A stretch of 64,000 bases of DNA from NCBI RefSeq assembly GCF_018350175.1, contig NC_058368.1:15812001-15876000 (forward strand), in the 5' to 3' direction. The stretch is from Felis catus (Eukaryota). Below are positions 41,011-52,800 of this stretch, piece by piece. Both the position numbers and the translations under genes were made by a program. Every line of letters starts with the position of its first letter. Within the stretch, counting starts at the first letter, position 1. The notes below the pieces were generated by a model. It was not told the DNA's origin. It made no database searches and was given only the letters and a program-made list of their open reading frames with translations.

Positions 41011-42529
41011 GAGAGAGAGAGAGAGGATCCAAATAAACAAGATCACAAATGAGAGAGGAGAAAAAAGTAACCAATACCACAGAAATACAAACAATTGTAA
41101 GAGAATATTATGAAAAAATATATGCCAACAAATTGGACAACCTAGAAGAAATGGATAAATTCCTATAAACATATAACCTACCAAAACTGAAGCAAGAAGA
41201 GATACAAAATTTGTGTAGTCTGATTACCAGTAATGAAATTGAATCAGTAATCAAGGAACTCCCAACAAACAAAAGTCCATGACCAGACAACTTCATAGGC
41301 AGATTCTACCTGACATTTAAAGAAGAGTTAATACCTGTTCTTCTCAAACTATTCCTCCCCCCCAAAAAATAGATGAATAAGGAAAACTTCCAAATTCGTT
41401 TTGTGAGGCCAGTATTACCCTGATACCAAAGCCAGATAAAGACACTACAAAAAAGAGGCCACTACAGGCCAATATCTCTCATGAACATAGATACAAAAAC
41501 CCTCAACAAAATCCTAGCAAGCCGAATCCAACAATCCATTAAAAAAATCATTCACCATGATCAAGTGGGATTTATTCCTGGGATGCAAGGGTGACTCAAT
41601 ATTCACAAATTAACCAATGTGATATATCACATCAATAAGAGAAAGGATAAAAAAAAAGTATGATCATTTCAATAGCTGCAGAAAAAGCATTTGTCAAAAT
41701 ATAACATCTATAGATGATAAAAACCGTCAACAAGTAGGTCTAGAGGGAACATACCTCAAAATAATAAAGGCCATGTATGAAAACCCCACAGTGAACATCA
41801 TACTCAATGGGGAAAAACTGAGAGCTTTTCCGCTAAGATCAGGAATAAAACAAGGATGTCCACTCTTACCACATTTATTCAGTATAGCACTGGAAGTCCT
41901 AGCCACAGCAGAAAACAAAAAGAAATGAAAGGCATCCACATCAGCAAGGAAGAAGTAAAACTTTCACTGTTTGCAGATGACTTAATACCATATATAGAAA
42001 ACCTAAAAGACTCCACCAAAGAACTGTTAGAGATGATAAACAAATTCAGTAAAATTGCAAGATACAAAATTAACATACATAAATCTGTTGCACGTCTATA
42101 TAACAATAATGAAGCAACATAAAGAGAAATAAAAGAACAGTTCCATTTACAATTGCACCAAAAAGAATAAGGTACCTAGGAATGCATCTAACCAGAGGTG
42201 AAAGACCTATATACTGTGAAAATTATAGCACACTGATGAAAGAAATTGAAGACGACACAAAGAAATGGAAAGACATTCCATGCTGATGTGTTGGAAGAAC
42301 AATATTTTTTAAATGCCTATACTGTCAAAAAATCTACATATTTAATGCAATACTTATCAAAATGCCACCAGCATTTTTCACAGAACTTGAACAAACAATC
42401 CTATAAATAGCCAAAGCAATCTTGTAAAAGAACAAAACTGGAGATATAACAATTCTGGACATCAAGTTATATCACAAAGCTGTAGTAATCAAAACCGTAT
42501 AGTACTGGCATTTAAAAAAAGACACATAC

Positions 42530-42741
42530 GGGGCGCCTGGGTGGCGCAGTCGGTTAAGCGTCCGACTTCAGCCAGGTCATGATCTCGCGGTCCGTGAGTT
42601 CGAGCCCCGCGTCGGGCTCTGGGCTGATGGCTCAGAGCCTGGAGCCTGTTTCCGATTCTGTGTCTCCCTCTCTCTCTACCCCTCCCCCGTTCATGCTCTG
42701 TCTCTCTCTGTCCCAAAAATAAATAAACGTTGAAAAAAAAA
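42530..42741 (+). mobile_element. Young feline CanSINE
   Basis: TSD tttaaaaaaagacacata; CpGs intact. Confidence 0.95.
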
Positions 42742-43124
42742 TTTAAAAAAAGACACATAGATCAATGGAACATACTAGAAAACCCAGAAATAAACCCACA
42801 ATTATATGTTCAATTAATCTTTGACAAAGGGGGAAAGGATATCCAATGGGAAGCAGACTGTCTCTTCAACAAATGGTGTTGGGAAAACTGGACAGAAACA
42901 TGCAAAAGAATGAAACTGGACCACTTATACCGTACTCAGATATAAACTCAAAATGGATTAAAGACTTAGATCTGACACCTGAAACTATAAAAATCCTAGT
43001 AGAGAACACAGGCAGTAACATCTTTGACAATGGCCATAGCAACATTTTTTCTAGATATGTCTCCTGAGGCAAGAGAAACAAAAATGGACTACTGGGACTT
43101 CATCAAGATAAAAACTTCTGCACA

Positions 43125-43285
43125 GGGTACCTGGGTGGCTTAGTTGGTTAAGCGTCTGACTTCAGCTCAGGTCATGATCTCATGGCTCATGAGTTCAAGC
43201 CCCACGCTGGGGCTATGCTGACACCTTAGAGCCTGGAGCCTGCTTCAGATTCTGTCTTCATCTATCTCTCTCTGCCCCTTGTCTG

Positions 43286-43358
<73 letters not shown>

Positions 43359-43385
43359 TCATATAAATAAATATTTAAAAACATT
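43125..43385 (+). mobile_element. CanSINE with compound (CT)n(CA)n microsatellite
   Basis: TSD aaaacttctgcacag. Confidence 0.9.
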
Positions 43386-43992
43386 CTTTAAAAAACTTCT
43401 GCACAGGATAGACTCAACAAAACTAAAAGGCAACCTATGGAATGGGAGAAGATATTTGTAAATGGCATATGTGATAAAGGTATAATATCCAAAGTATATA
43501 AAGAACTTTTACAATTTAACACCCCCAAAAAAATCCAATTAAAAAGTGGACAGAAATGAGTAGACATTTCTCTAAAGAAGACATACAGGTGGCCAAAAGA
43601 CATATGAAAGTATGTTCAACATCAGTGATCACCAGGGAAATACAAATCAAAACTACAATGAGATATCACCTCACATCTCTCAGAATGGCAAAAATCAAAA
43701 ACACATGAAGCAACAAGTGTTGGCAAAGAAGTTGAGAAAAAGGAACCCTTGTGTACTGTTGGTGGGAATGCAAACTTGTGCAGCCATTGTGGAAAACACT
43801 ATGGAGGTTCCTCAAAAAGTTAAAAATAGAACTATGATCCAACAATTGCACTACTGGGTATTTACCCCCCAAATACAAAAATACTAATTCAAAGGGAGAC
43901 GTGCACCCCTATGTTTATAGCAGCATTATTTATAATAGCCAAATTATGGAAGTAGTCCAAGTGTCCATTGATAGATGAAGGGTTAAAGAAGT

Positions 43993-43994
<2 letters not shown>

Positions 43995-44038
<44 letters not shown>

Positions 44039-44080
44039 TATATGTATATATATATATACACATATATACATATATATATA
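43995..44080. repeat. (TA)n-rich microsatellite within L1 3' region
   Basis: Seen directly. Confidence 0.95.
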
Positions 44081-44399
44081 ATGAAATATTACTCAGCCAT
44101 AAAAAAGAATGAAATCTTGTCATTTACATGGAGCTAGAAAGTATAATGCTAAGTGAAATAAGTCAGAGAAAGACAAATACCATATGATTTTACTCATATG
44201 TGGAATTTAAGAAAGAAAACGAACAAAGGCAAAAAAAAAAAAAAAAAAAAGAGAAAAACCAATGAACAGATCCTTAACTGTAGAGAACAAACTGGTGGTC
44301 ACCAGAGAGGGGGTGGGTGGGGGGATTGGGTGAAACAGGTGATGGAGATTAAAGAGTACGCTTATCCTGATTGGAAAAAAAAACCTCACAGGTACAAAT

Positions 44400-45160
44400 A
44401 AGAAAATAGAAGATATTGGCAAGGATGTGGAGGAATGAGACTCCTTACACATTGCTGGTGGGCATGTAAAATGGTACAGCTACTATGGAAAATGGTATAG
44501 TGGTTCCCTAAAAAGTTCAACAGAATTACTATGTGATCCAGCAATTTCACTTCTAAGTATATTCCCAAAAGAATTGAAAACAGAGACTTTAACAGATATT
44601 TGCACGGCATTGTTCATATTTGTTCGTAGTAGCATTATTCACAATAGCCAAAAGATGGAAACAACTAGGGTATCCATCAACAGATAAATAAACAAAATAT
44701 GGTGTTTGCATACACTGGAGTATTTTTTTAGCCTTAAAAGGGAATGAAATTCTTTTTTATATGTATATAATTTGCCAAATTGTCTAACATACAGTGTGAA
44801 AAAGGAATGAAATTCTGATATATGCTAACATAGATGGACCTAGCATCTTATGCAAAGTGAAATAAGCTCAACACAAAAGGGCAACTATTCTATGATTCCA
44901 CTTAATGAGGTATCTAAAATATCAAATTCATAGAGGCAGAAAATAGAACAGTTTACCAGGGGTTGTGAGGAGGGAGGAATGGGAAATTGTTGCTTAATGG
45001 ATATAGACTTTCCATTTTGTAAGATGAAAAGTTTCTGGAAATAGTGCTGGTGGTTACACAACATTTGTGAATGTACTTAATGCCACTGAATTGTTTATTT
45101 AAAAAAGGTTAAAATAGTAAATTTTATCTTATGTGTATTTACCCATGATAACAAAATACT
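44400..45160 (+). mobile_element. Old L1M(B)-type 3' fragment
   Basis: ORF2 C-terminal remnant plus 3' UTR (aatgtacttaatgccactgaattgt...aaaaaggttaaaatagtaaatttt). Confidence 0.8.
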
Positions 45161-46071
45161 GAAAACACCTCTAAAACAACTCTCCCATTTTTTGTTTCAG
45201 AGAAGGTGAGTTCTGACTGTGTCCTGATCTCTCGTATTTATTTCAGTAGCTTTGTATGTAGTCTTCCTTACCTTTTTAACCTTGGGGCAGTTTTTGCTTT
45301 GACAGTTCATATTTCCAGCATTGCATCGTATGCACCATGCATTATACTTAGCTACTTGAGCACACATCTTTTCCTCTGTGATGTTTAAAGCCCTTGGAGG
45401 TTGAGAAGCATGTTAGGGCTCAAAAAATGTTTACTGAAAAGAATTCAAATGGTTTCTATTATACATGGAGAATTGTCTGATGTATAAGTGACATCTTGTG
45501 GCACAAAGTGGAATAGTCAGTACTATATCAGTATTTTCTTTGAACAAATTTTTCTCTTTTAAAAAGTCCAGATTCCATATGTCTTCTTTAAAGTTTACCT
45601 AAAATAAGCATGATTGCAATCAGAGGATAATAGGCTAACAGCATTGCTAACGGATGCCTGGGACAATTCCTGGCTAGATCACCACAGCCTTTACCATGTC
45701 TGAAACCCACCACACTTTTAAGAGATTCCCTAAATTAAAATTACTGATTTTTAAATAATAGGCCTAAAGGTTTTGACAGTTGAAACTAAAGAAAAGGAGA
45801 AGCATGTATGTTGGCTGTTGTAAGCCAAGAGTATTTGCAAAGAACCCTGAGAAATGTCTGTTGTATTATTAATTTTCTTGAGGGAAGATTTTGGACTTGA
45901 AAAAGATATTTACAGTTGCCAGTCTTTTAATGAATTTTCAATTTATTGTAAGTGTAAACTTGTAAATTTAGATATTTTAAGCCTTTAAGTTCAATGTACT
46001 AATTTTATTACGAAGTTAGTAAATTTTATTTCAATTAAAAAGTCTCTTTTCTAATTCTTTCGGGATTCTTC

Positions 46072-46280
46072 TTAAAAAATTTTTAAATTTATTTTCGAGA
46101 GAGAGAGAGAGAGAGAAAATGGGGAAAGGGCAAAGAGAGAGGGAGACACAGAATTCGAAGCAGGATCTAGGCTCTGAGCTGTCAGCACAGAGCCTGTCGT
46201 GGGGCTCGAACTCACAAACCACGAGATTGTGACCTGAGCCAAAGTCACACACTTAACCGACTGAGCCACCCAGGCACCCC
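46072..46280 (-). mobile_element. CanSINE
   Basis: Flanked by gggattctt repeats. Confidence 0.9.
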
Positions 46281-46297
46281 AAATTTCTTAGGGGATT

Positions 46298-47664
46298 CTT
46301 TTTTTTTCACTTTCTTATGAAGTTTATTGTCAAATTGGTTTCCATACAACACCCAGTGCTCATCCCAAAAGGTGCCCTCCTCAGTACCCATTACCCACCT
46401 TCCCCTCCCTCCCACCCCCCATCAACCCTCAGTTTGTTCTCAGTTTTTAAGAGTCTCTTATGGTTTGGCTCTCTTCCACTCTAACCTCTTTTTTTTTTTC
46501 CTTCCCCTCCCCCATGGGTTTCTGTTAAGTTTCTCAGGGTCCACATAAGAGTGAAACCATATGGTATCTGTCTTTGTCTGTATGGCTCATTTCACTTAGC
46601 ATCACACTCTCCAGTTCCATCCATGTTGCTACAAAGGGCCATATTTCATTCTTTCTCTTTGCCACGTAATACTCCATTGTGTAAACCACAATTTTTTTTT
46701 ATCCATTCATCGGTTGATGGACATTTAGGCTCTTTCCATAATTTGGCTATTGTTAAGAGTGCTGCTATAAACATTGGGGTGCAAGTGCCCCTATGCATCA
46801 GTACTCCTGTATCCCTTGGGTACATTCCTAGCAGTGCTATTGCTGGGTCATAGGGTAGGTCTATTTTTAATTTTTTGAGGAACCTCCACGCTGTTTTCCA
46901 GAGTGGCTGCACCAATTTGCATTCCCACCAACAGTGCAAGAGGGTTCCCGTTTCTCCACATCCTCTCCAGCAGCTATAGTCTCCTGATATGTTCATTTTG
47001 GCCACTCTGACTGGCGTGAGGTGATATCTGAGTGTGGTTTTGATTTGTATTTCCCTGATGAGGAGCGACGTTGAGCATCTTTTCATGTGCCTGTTGGCCA
47101 TCCGGATGTCTTCTTTAGAGAAGTGTCTATTCATGCTTTCTGCCCATTTCTTCACTGGGTTATTTGTTTTTCGGGTGTGGAGTTTGGTGAGCTCTTTATA
47201 GATTTTGGATACTAGCCCTTTGTCCGATATGTCATTTGCAAATATCTTTTCCCATTCCGTTGGTTGCCTTTTAGTTTTGTTGGTTGTTTCCTTTGCTGTG
47301 CAGAAGCTTTTTATCTTCATGAGGTCCCAATAGTTCATTTTTGCTTTTAATTGCCTTGCTTTTGGGGATGTGTCAAGTAAGAAATTACTATGGCTGAGGT
47401 CAGAGAGGTCTTTTCCTGCTTTCTCCTCTAGGGTTTTCATGGTTTCCTGTCTCACATTCAGGTCCTTTATCCATTTTGAGTTTATTTTTGTGAATGGTGT
47501 GAGAAAGTGGTCTAGTTTCAATCTTCTGCATGTTGCTGTCCAGTTCTCCCAGCACCATTTGTTAAAGAGACTGTCTTTTTTCCATTGGATATTCTTTCCT
47601 GCTTTGTCAAAGATTAGTTGGCCATTAGCTTTGTAGTAGAGGCTAAAGTCTGGGATTATGATGA
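46298..47664 (-). mobile_element. Young 5'-truncated feline LINE-1
   Basis: Uninterrupted 291-aa ORF2 C-terminal frame (46646..47521), CpGs largely retained, 3' UTR and T-tract at ~46298. Confidence 0.93.
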
Positions 47665-48199
47665 CAATGAGGCCATTTTATAGACTTGGCATGAGATCCT
47701 ACAGCATGTCCAGTTTTCACTGGCAGAGTCTAAACTCAAGTTTCCTTTAGCCATCACTGTTTTCAAAAAAAATGTGTCTGACTTTCTCCCAAGGATGGCC
47801 TTGATAATGAAAGAAAGCAAAGAAACACACAAAAAAGCAGGAATTAAAAGCAGAGTAACATACCAGTCCCCAGTGCAGAATTTAACTTAACTGTCTGTGC
47901 CCTTTCATCCTTTCCCCAGGCAAACTTATTGAACCATTATTGGTGGAACTGGGCCACCAATCTGAAAATCTCAGGGACTTACTCTGATTCACATTTGTGT
48001 CTCTAATGCCTGATGAAATCTTAGTGCTTAGTGTTCATTCATTCACTTAGCAATATTTATTGAGAGCCTGTAATATACCAGGAATGATTCTAACTGCTGG
48101 GAATGTTAGTGGTAACCAAAAAGACAAAAATTCATGTTTTCATAGAGATACATCCTAGTGGGAGAGACAGACATTATACAACTAAACAAGAACACAGAT

Positions 48200-48550
48200 G
48201 TGTCAGCATCCTTCAGGCAAAGACCAGCAGGAACACACTTGTAGTTGAACAACTTGGGTTTATTGTTGCAGTGAGGGAGAACTGTCACCATGGGGAACTG
48301 TGGGGAGGCCCAGTAAGAGGATTAGACAGAACCTATTACAGGGTTAATTTGGGTAATTTGAGAAGGGCCTAATGAATTGGAAATTTGCTGTGGATTTGAT
48401 ATTATCAGAAAGCAGGGACAATTCTATAATTGAGTGTCCTTGTCTATTGTTAATATTCTGTGAGTTGTTTATGTCCAACAAGAGACCACCATGGTGTAGC
48501 TATAAGCATCAGGCCAATTTCCAGAGGTCAGAAATTCTTGCTTTCTTAGA
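48200..48550. mobile_element. LTR-like fragment inserted in an L2 remnant (~48035-48800)
   Basis: Begins tgtgtcagcatcc with gggtttattgttgcagtgagggagaac text; purine-rich L2-like flanks. Confidence 0.5.
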
Positions 48551-48997
48551 TGATAGTGAATACCATGAAGAAGAAGAATAAATCAAGGAGAGGGAGGGGA
48601 TAAGGAGTGCTGATAGAGATAGGGAGGAGTGGTTTTGATCTTTAAAAAGTATAGTCAGTGAAGGACTCCATGAGTAACTAACACGTGTGCAAAGATCTGA
48701 AGGAGGTGAGGGAATGAACCCACAACAAGTGAAAAGGTGAAGAAATGAATGGAGATGATGGTGGGTAAGTCCTTGACACATTCTAGGAACTGTAGACCTA
48801 AAAATGATTAGTTAACAAAGGTAAAATAAATGATACAAACTAAGATATTGCTGCTAGATATAGAGTGTCTAACCCAGTTACCCAAATTGAGTTGAGTTCA
48901 AACTGACTTCAGCAGGGCCTGGGTCAAGACTGGACTACCTTTTGGTATATTAATTAGGGGTATTGATCTGGAGTTGGATTAGTCTCAACTAGGTTAC

Positions 48998-49231
48998 TTT
49001 ATTTTTTTTTTTTAATTTTTTTTTTCAACGTTTTTTATTTATTTTTGGGACAGAGAGAAACAGAGCATGAACAGGGGAGGGGCAGAGAGAGAGGGAGACA
49101 CAGCATCGGAAACAGGCTCCAGGCTCCGAGCCATCAGCCCAGAGCCTGACGCGGGGCTTGAACTCACGGACCGCGAGATCATGACCTGGCTGAAGTCAGA
49201 CGCTTAACCGACTGCGCCACCCAGGCGCCCC
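48998..49231 (-). mobile_element. Young feline CanSINE
   Basis: TSD caactaggttacttt on both sides. Confidence 0.95.
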
Positions 49232-49609
49232 ACAACTAGGTTACTTTAAAAAGCATGTTTTGACAGACTTTATCTCCCCAGCATTGTCTAAGAACAGTTG
49301 CCGAAATAGGTGCGTAGCTTTGTGTTGGCACACAGTGAGCACTCCCAACATTTGCTGAATGCATTTTCCTGGTTACAAGGCCTCTTCCCTAAACAGATTC
49401 CACATGGATAACCTGAAATTGTCTTCAAATGTATATTTTATATGTGAATGAATTCTGAGTTATGAAAATGCCTCTTCTAATTTTTCACTAGACAAGCTCT
49501 TTCATAACAGTGTCTTTAAACATTTACTGTGTAAATTTTAATATATGCTTATCTTATTTGAACATTTTAACTACCTTGTGGAATAGGGTAGGAATTTTCC
49601 TGTTTTATA

Positions 49610-49689
49610 TTTGGTTGAGCTATATGAAATTGCTAATATTTTACCATTTTTGACTTACAAAAATGGCAGTTACATATGGCCCAACCTAA
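49610..49689. mobile_element. MADE2 (80-bp mariner-derived MITE) inside a MIR remnant
   Basis: 80-bp element with inverted ends ttggttgagctatatgaaattgc / gcagttacatatggcccaacctaa matching the recalled MADE2 consensus. Confidence 0.8.
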
Positions 49690-49855
49690 AAGGTGAGGAA
49701 ATTTGAGAGGTTAAGATAGACAAAGGAGAGTTAGGGGTAGAGTTTAACAACTCCTATATTTATGTGTCAAACCTGGACTAGTGCCCTGAACTTTTGACTC
49801 AATATCTCCTCTTGAACATCTAATACGCATTTCAAGTTTAGCATGGTAAAAACTG

Positions 49856-52800
49856 CTTCAATAAAAAGACATAGAGTCGCTGGATGGATAAAAAATCAAG
49901 ACTCAAGTGTATAATGCCTACAAGAGACAGTCCAGCCTTAAGGACATATATAGACTGAAAGTGAAGGGTTGGAAAAAGATATTCCATGCAAATGGAAACC
50001 AAAAGGAAGTAGGGGTAGCTATATTTATATCACATAAAATATACTTTATTTTTTTTAATATATGAAATTTATTGTCAAATTGGTTTCCATACAACACCCA
50101 GTGCTCATCCCAAAAGATGCCCTCTTCAATACCCATCACCTCCCCTCCCCTCCCTCCCACCCCCCATCAACCCTCAGTTTGTTCTCAGTTTTTAAGAGTC
50201 TCTTATGCTTTGGCTCTCTCCCACTCAAACCTCTTTTTTTTCCTTCCCCTCCCCCATGGGTTTCTGTTAAGTTTCTCAGGATCCACATAAGAGTGAAACC
50301 ATATGGTATCTGTCTTTGTCTGTATGGCTTATTTCACTTAGCATCACACTCTGCAGTTCTATCCACGTTGCTATAAAGGGCCGTATTTCATTCTTTCTCA
50401 TTGCCACGTAGTACTCCATTGTGTAAAATATACTTTAGGCCAAAGAGTGTAATAACAGGCAAATAATGGTGAAAGGGTCAATCCAACAAGAGGATATACC
50501 ATTTGCAAATATGCACTCAGCATATGAGCACCTAATTTTATCAAATATTATCAGACATGAAGAGAGAAGTAGTCATATAATAATAGAAGACTTTAATAAC
50601 CTTCTTTCAACAATACATGGATCATCCAGACAGAAAATCAATAAAAGAGCATATGACTTAACCTACCTATTAGACGAGATGGGCTTAACAGAGATAGGCA
50701 GAACATTTCTTCCAAAAGCAACAGGACATAAGTTTTCTCAAGCACATGGACATTCTCCAGGATAGATCAGATGTTAGGCCATAAAAGAAGTCTTAGTGAA
50801 TTTAATAAGATTGAAATCATATTAAATATTGTATCTGAGCCAATAGCATAAACCAGAAATCAGTTATAAGAAGAAAATGGGAAATTCACAAGTATGTGGA
50901 GATTAAACAACATACTACTGAACAATCAATGACTCAAGAAAGAAATCAAAAGAGAAATAAAAAACTACCTTGAGACAAATGAAAACAAATACAACATACT
51001 GGAAGTTGTGGGACACACCACAAGCCGTTCTAAGAGGTAATAAGTTTATAGCAATAAGTGCCTACATTAAGAAAGAAGAAAGATCCCCAAAAAACTAACT
51101 TTACACCTCAAGAAAGTAGAAAAAGAGGAACAAACTAAGCCCAATGTTAGTAGAAGGGACGAAGTAATAAAGATCAGAGCAAAAAGAAATGAATTAGAGA
51201 CTAAAGGACAATAGAAAAGATCAGTTAAACTGAAAGCTGACTTTTGCAAAGAAACCAAAATAACTAGACTCACCAACGCAAAAGGAGAGAGGACTCAATT
51301 ACATAAAATTACAAATAAGAGAGGATACGCTCCCACTACTACCACACAAATACAAAGGACCATAAGAGATTAATATGAGCAATTATACACCCAGAAATTG
51401 GACAACTTAGAAGAAATGGATAAATCCATATAAATATATAATCTTCCAAAACTGAATTGTGAAGAAGTAGAAAATATGAACAGACCAATTGCTAATAAGT
51501 TTGTTGAGTCAGTAATCATAAACCTAACAACAAATGAAAATCTAGGACCAGATGGCTTCACAGGTGAATTCTAATTTTTGAAGAAGTATTAATGCAAATC
51601 CTTCTCAAACTCATGCAAAAAATAGAAGAGAAGGGAATACCCCTAAAGTCATTGTTTGAGGCCACCATTATCCTGATAACAAAACCAGTCAAAGACACAA
51701 GAAAAGAAAATTATAGGCCAATATCTTGAGTGAACATAGATGCAAAAGTCCTCAACAAAATAGCAAGCCCAATTCAATAGTACATTAAATGTAGCATATA
51801 CCATAATCAATTGGGATTTATTCCAGGGGTGTAAGGATGGTTCAACATCTGCAAATCAGTGTGATAGATCATATTAACAAAATGAAGGATAAAAACTCTC
51901 TGATCATCTCAATAGATGCAGAAAAATAATTTGATAAAATTCAACATGCATCATGATATAAACTCTCATCCAAATGGGTTAGAGGGAACATACCTCAAAA
52001 TCATAAGGGCTGTATATGACAAGCCCACAGCTAACATTATATGCAGTAGTGTGTATAAAAGCTTTTCATCCAAGATAAGGAACAACACAAAGATGCTCAT
52101 GTCACTTTTATTCAGTGTAGTACTGCATCCTGGTTGGAGCAATTAAACAAGAAAAAGAGAAGGCATCCATATTATCAAAGAAGAAGTAAAGCAGTCTCTA
52201 TTTGTAGTGGCATGATATTATATATAGAAAACCCTAAAGATACCTCCAAAAAACTGTTGGAACAAAAAACCAAATTCAGTAAATTTACAAGATTCACAAT
52301 CAGTTTACAAAAATCAACATCTTTGTATACACTAAAAATGAACTATCTGAAAGAGATTAAGAGTACAATCCAATTTATAATTGCACAAAACTAGGAATAA
52401 GTCTAATCAAGCCAGTAAAGAGCTATACACTAAAAACCAGGGACATCAATAAAAGAAATTTAAGACATAATTAAATGGAAAGATAGTATTTATGGATGAG
52501 AACAATCAATATTGTTTAAATGTCTATACTACCCCAAATAATCTATAGATTCTTTGCAATCCCTATCAAAATTCCAATGCCATTTTTCAAAGAAATAGAA
52601 AAAAAATATCTTGGAATATAGAACCCCAAAAGACCCCAAATAGTCAAAGTAATCTTGAGAAAGAACAAAGCTGGAGGCATCACACATCTTGATTTCAAAC
52701 TATATTACAAAGCATTAGTAATCAAAACAGTATGATACTGGTCTGAATACAGACACATATCTTAATGAACAGATTAGAGAGCCCAGAAATAAACCCATGC

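Larger units (their letters stand above)
30209..44385 (+). mobile_element. Older full-length carnivore LINE-1 (outer element): 5' UTR 30209-~30740 and ~37090-37980, ORF1 ~37980-38870, ORF2 ~39250-44200; inactivated
   Basis: Starts gggaggatggcagagtaggaggac; ORF1/ORF2 remnants are collinear with many stops and frameshifts; interrupted by the inner L1 and four SINEs; ends in an A-tail at ~44375-44383. Confidence 0.85.

Noticed and set aside
46646..47521. 291-aa ORF, the longest in the window
   Set aside because: It is the C-terminal part of LINE-1 ORF2 in a 5'-truncated copy, not a host gene.
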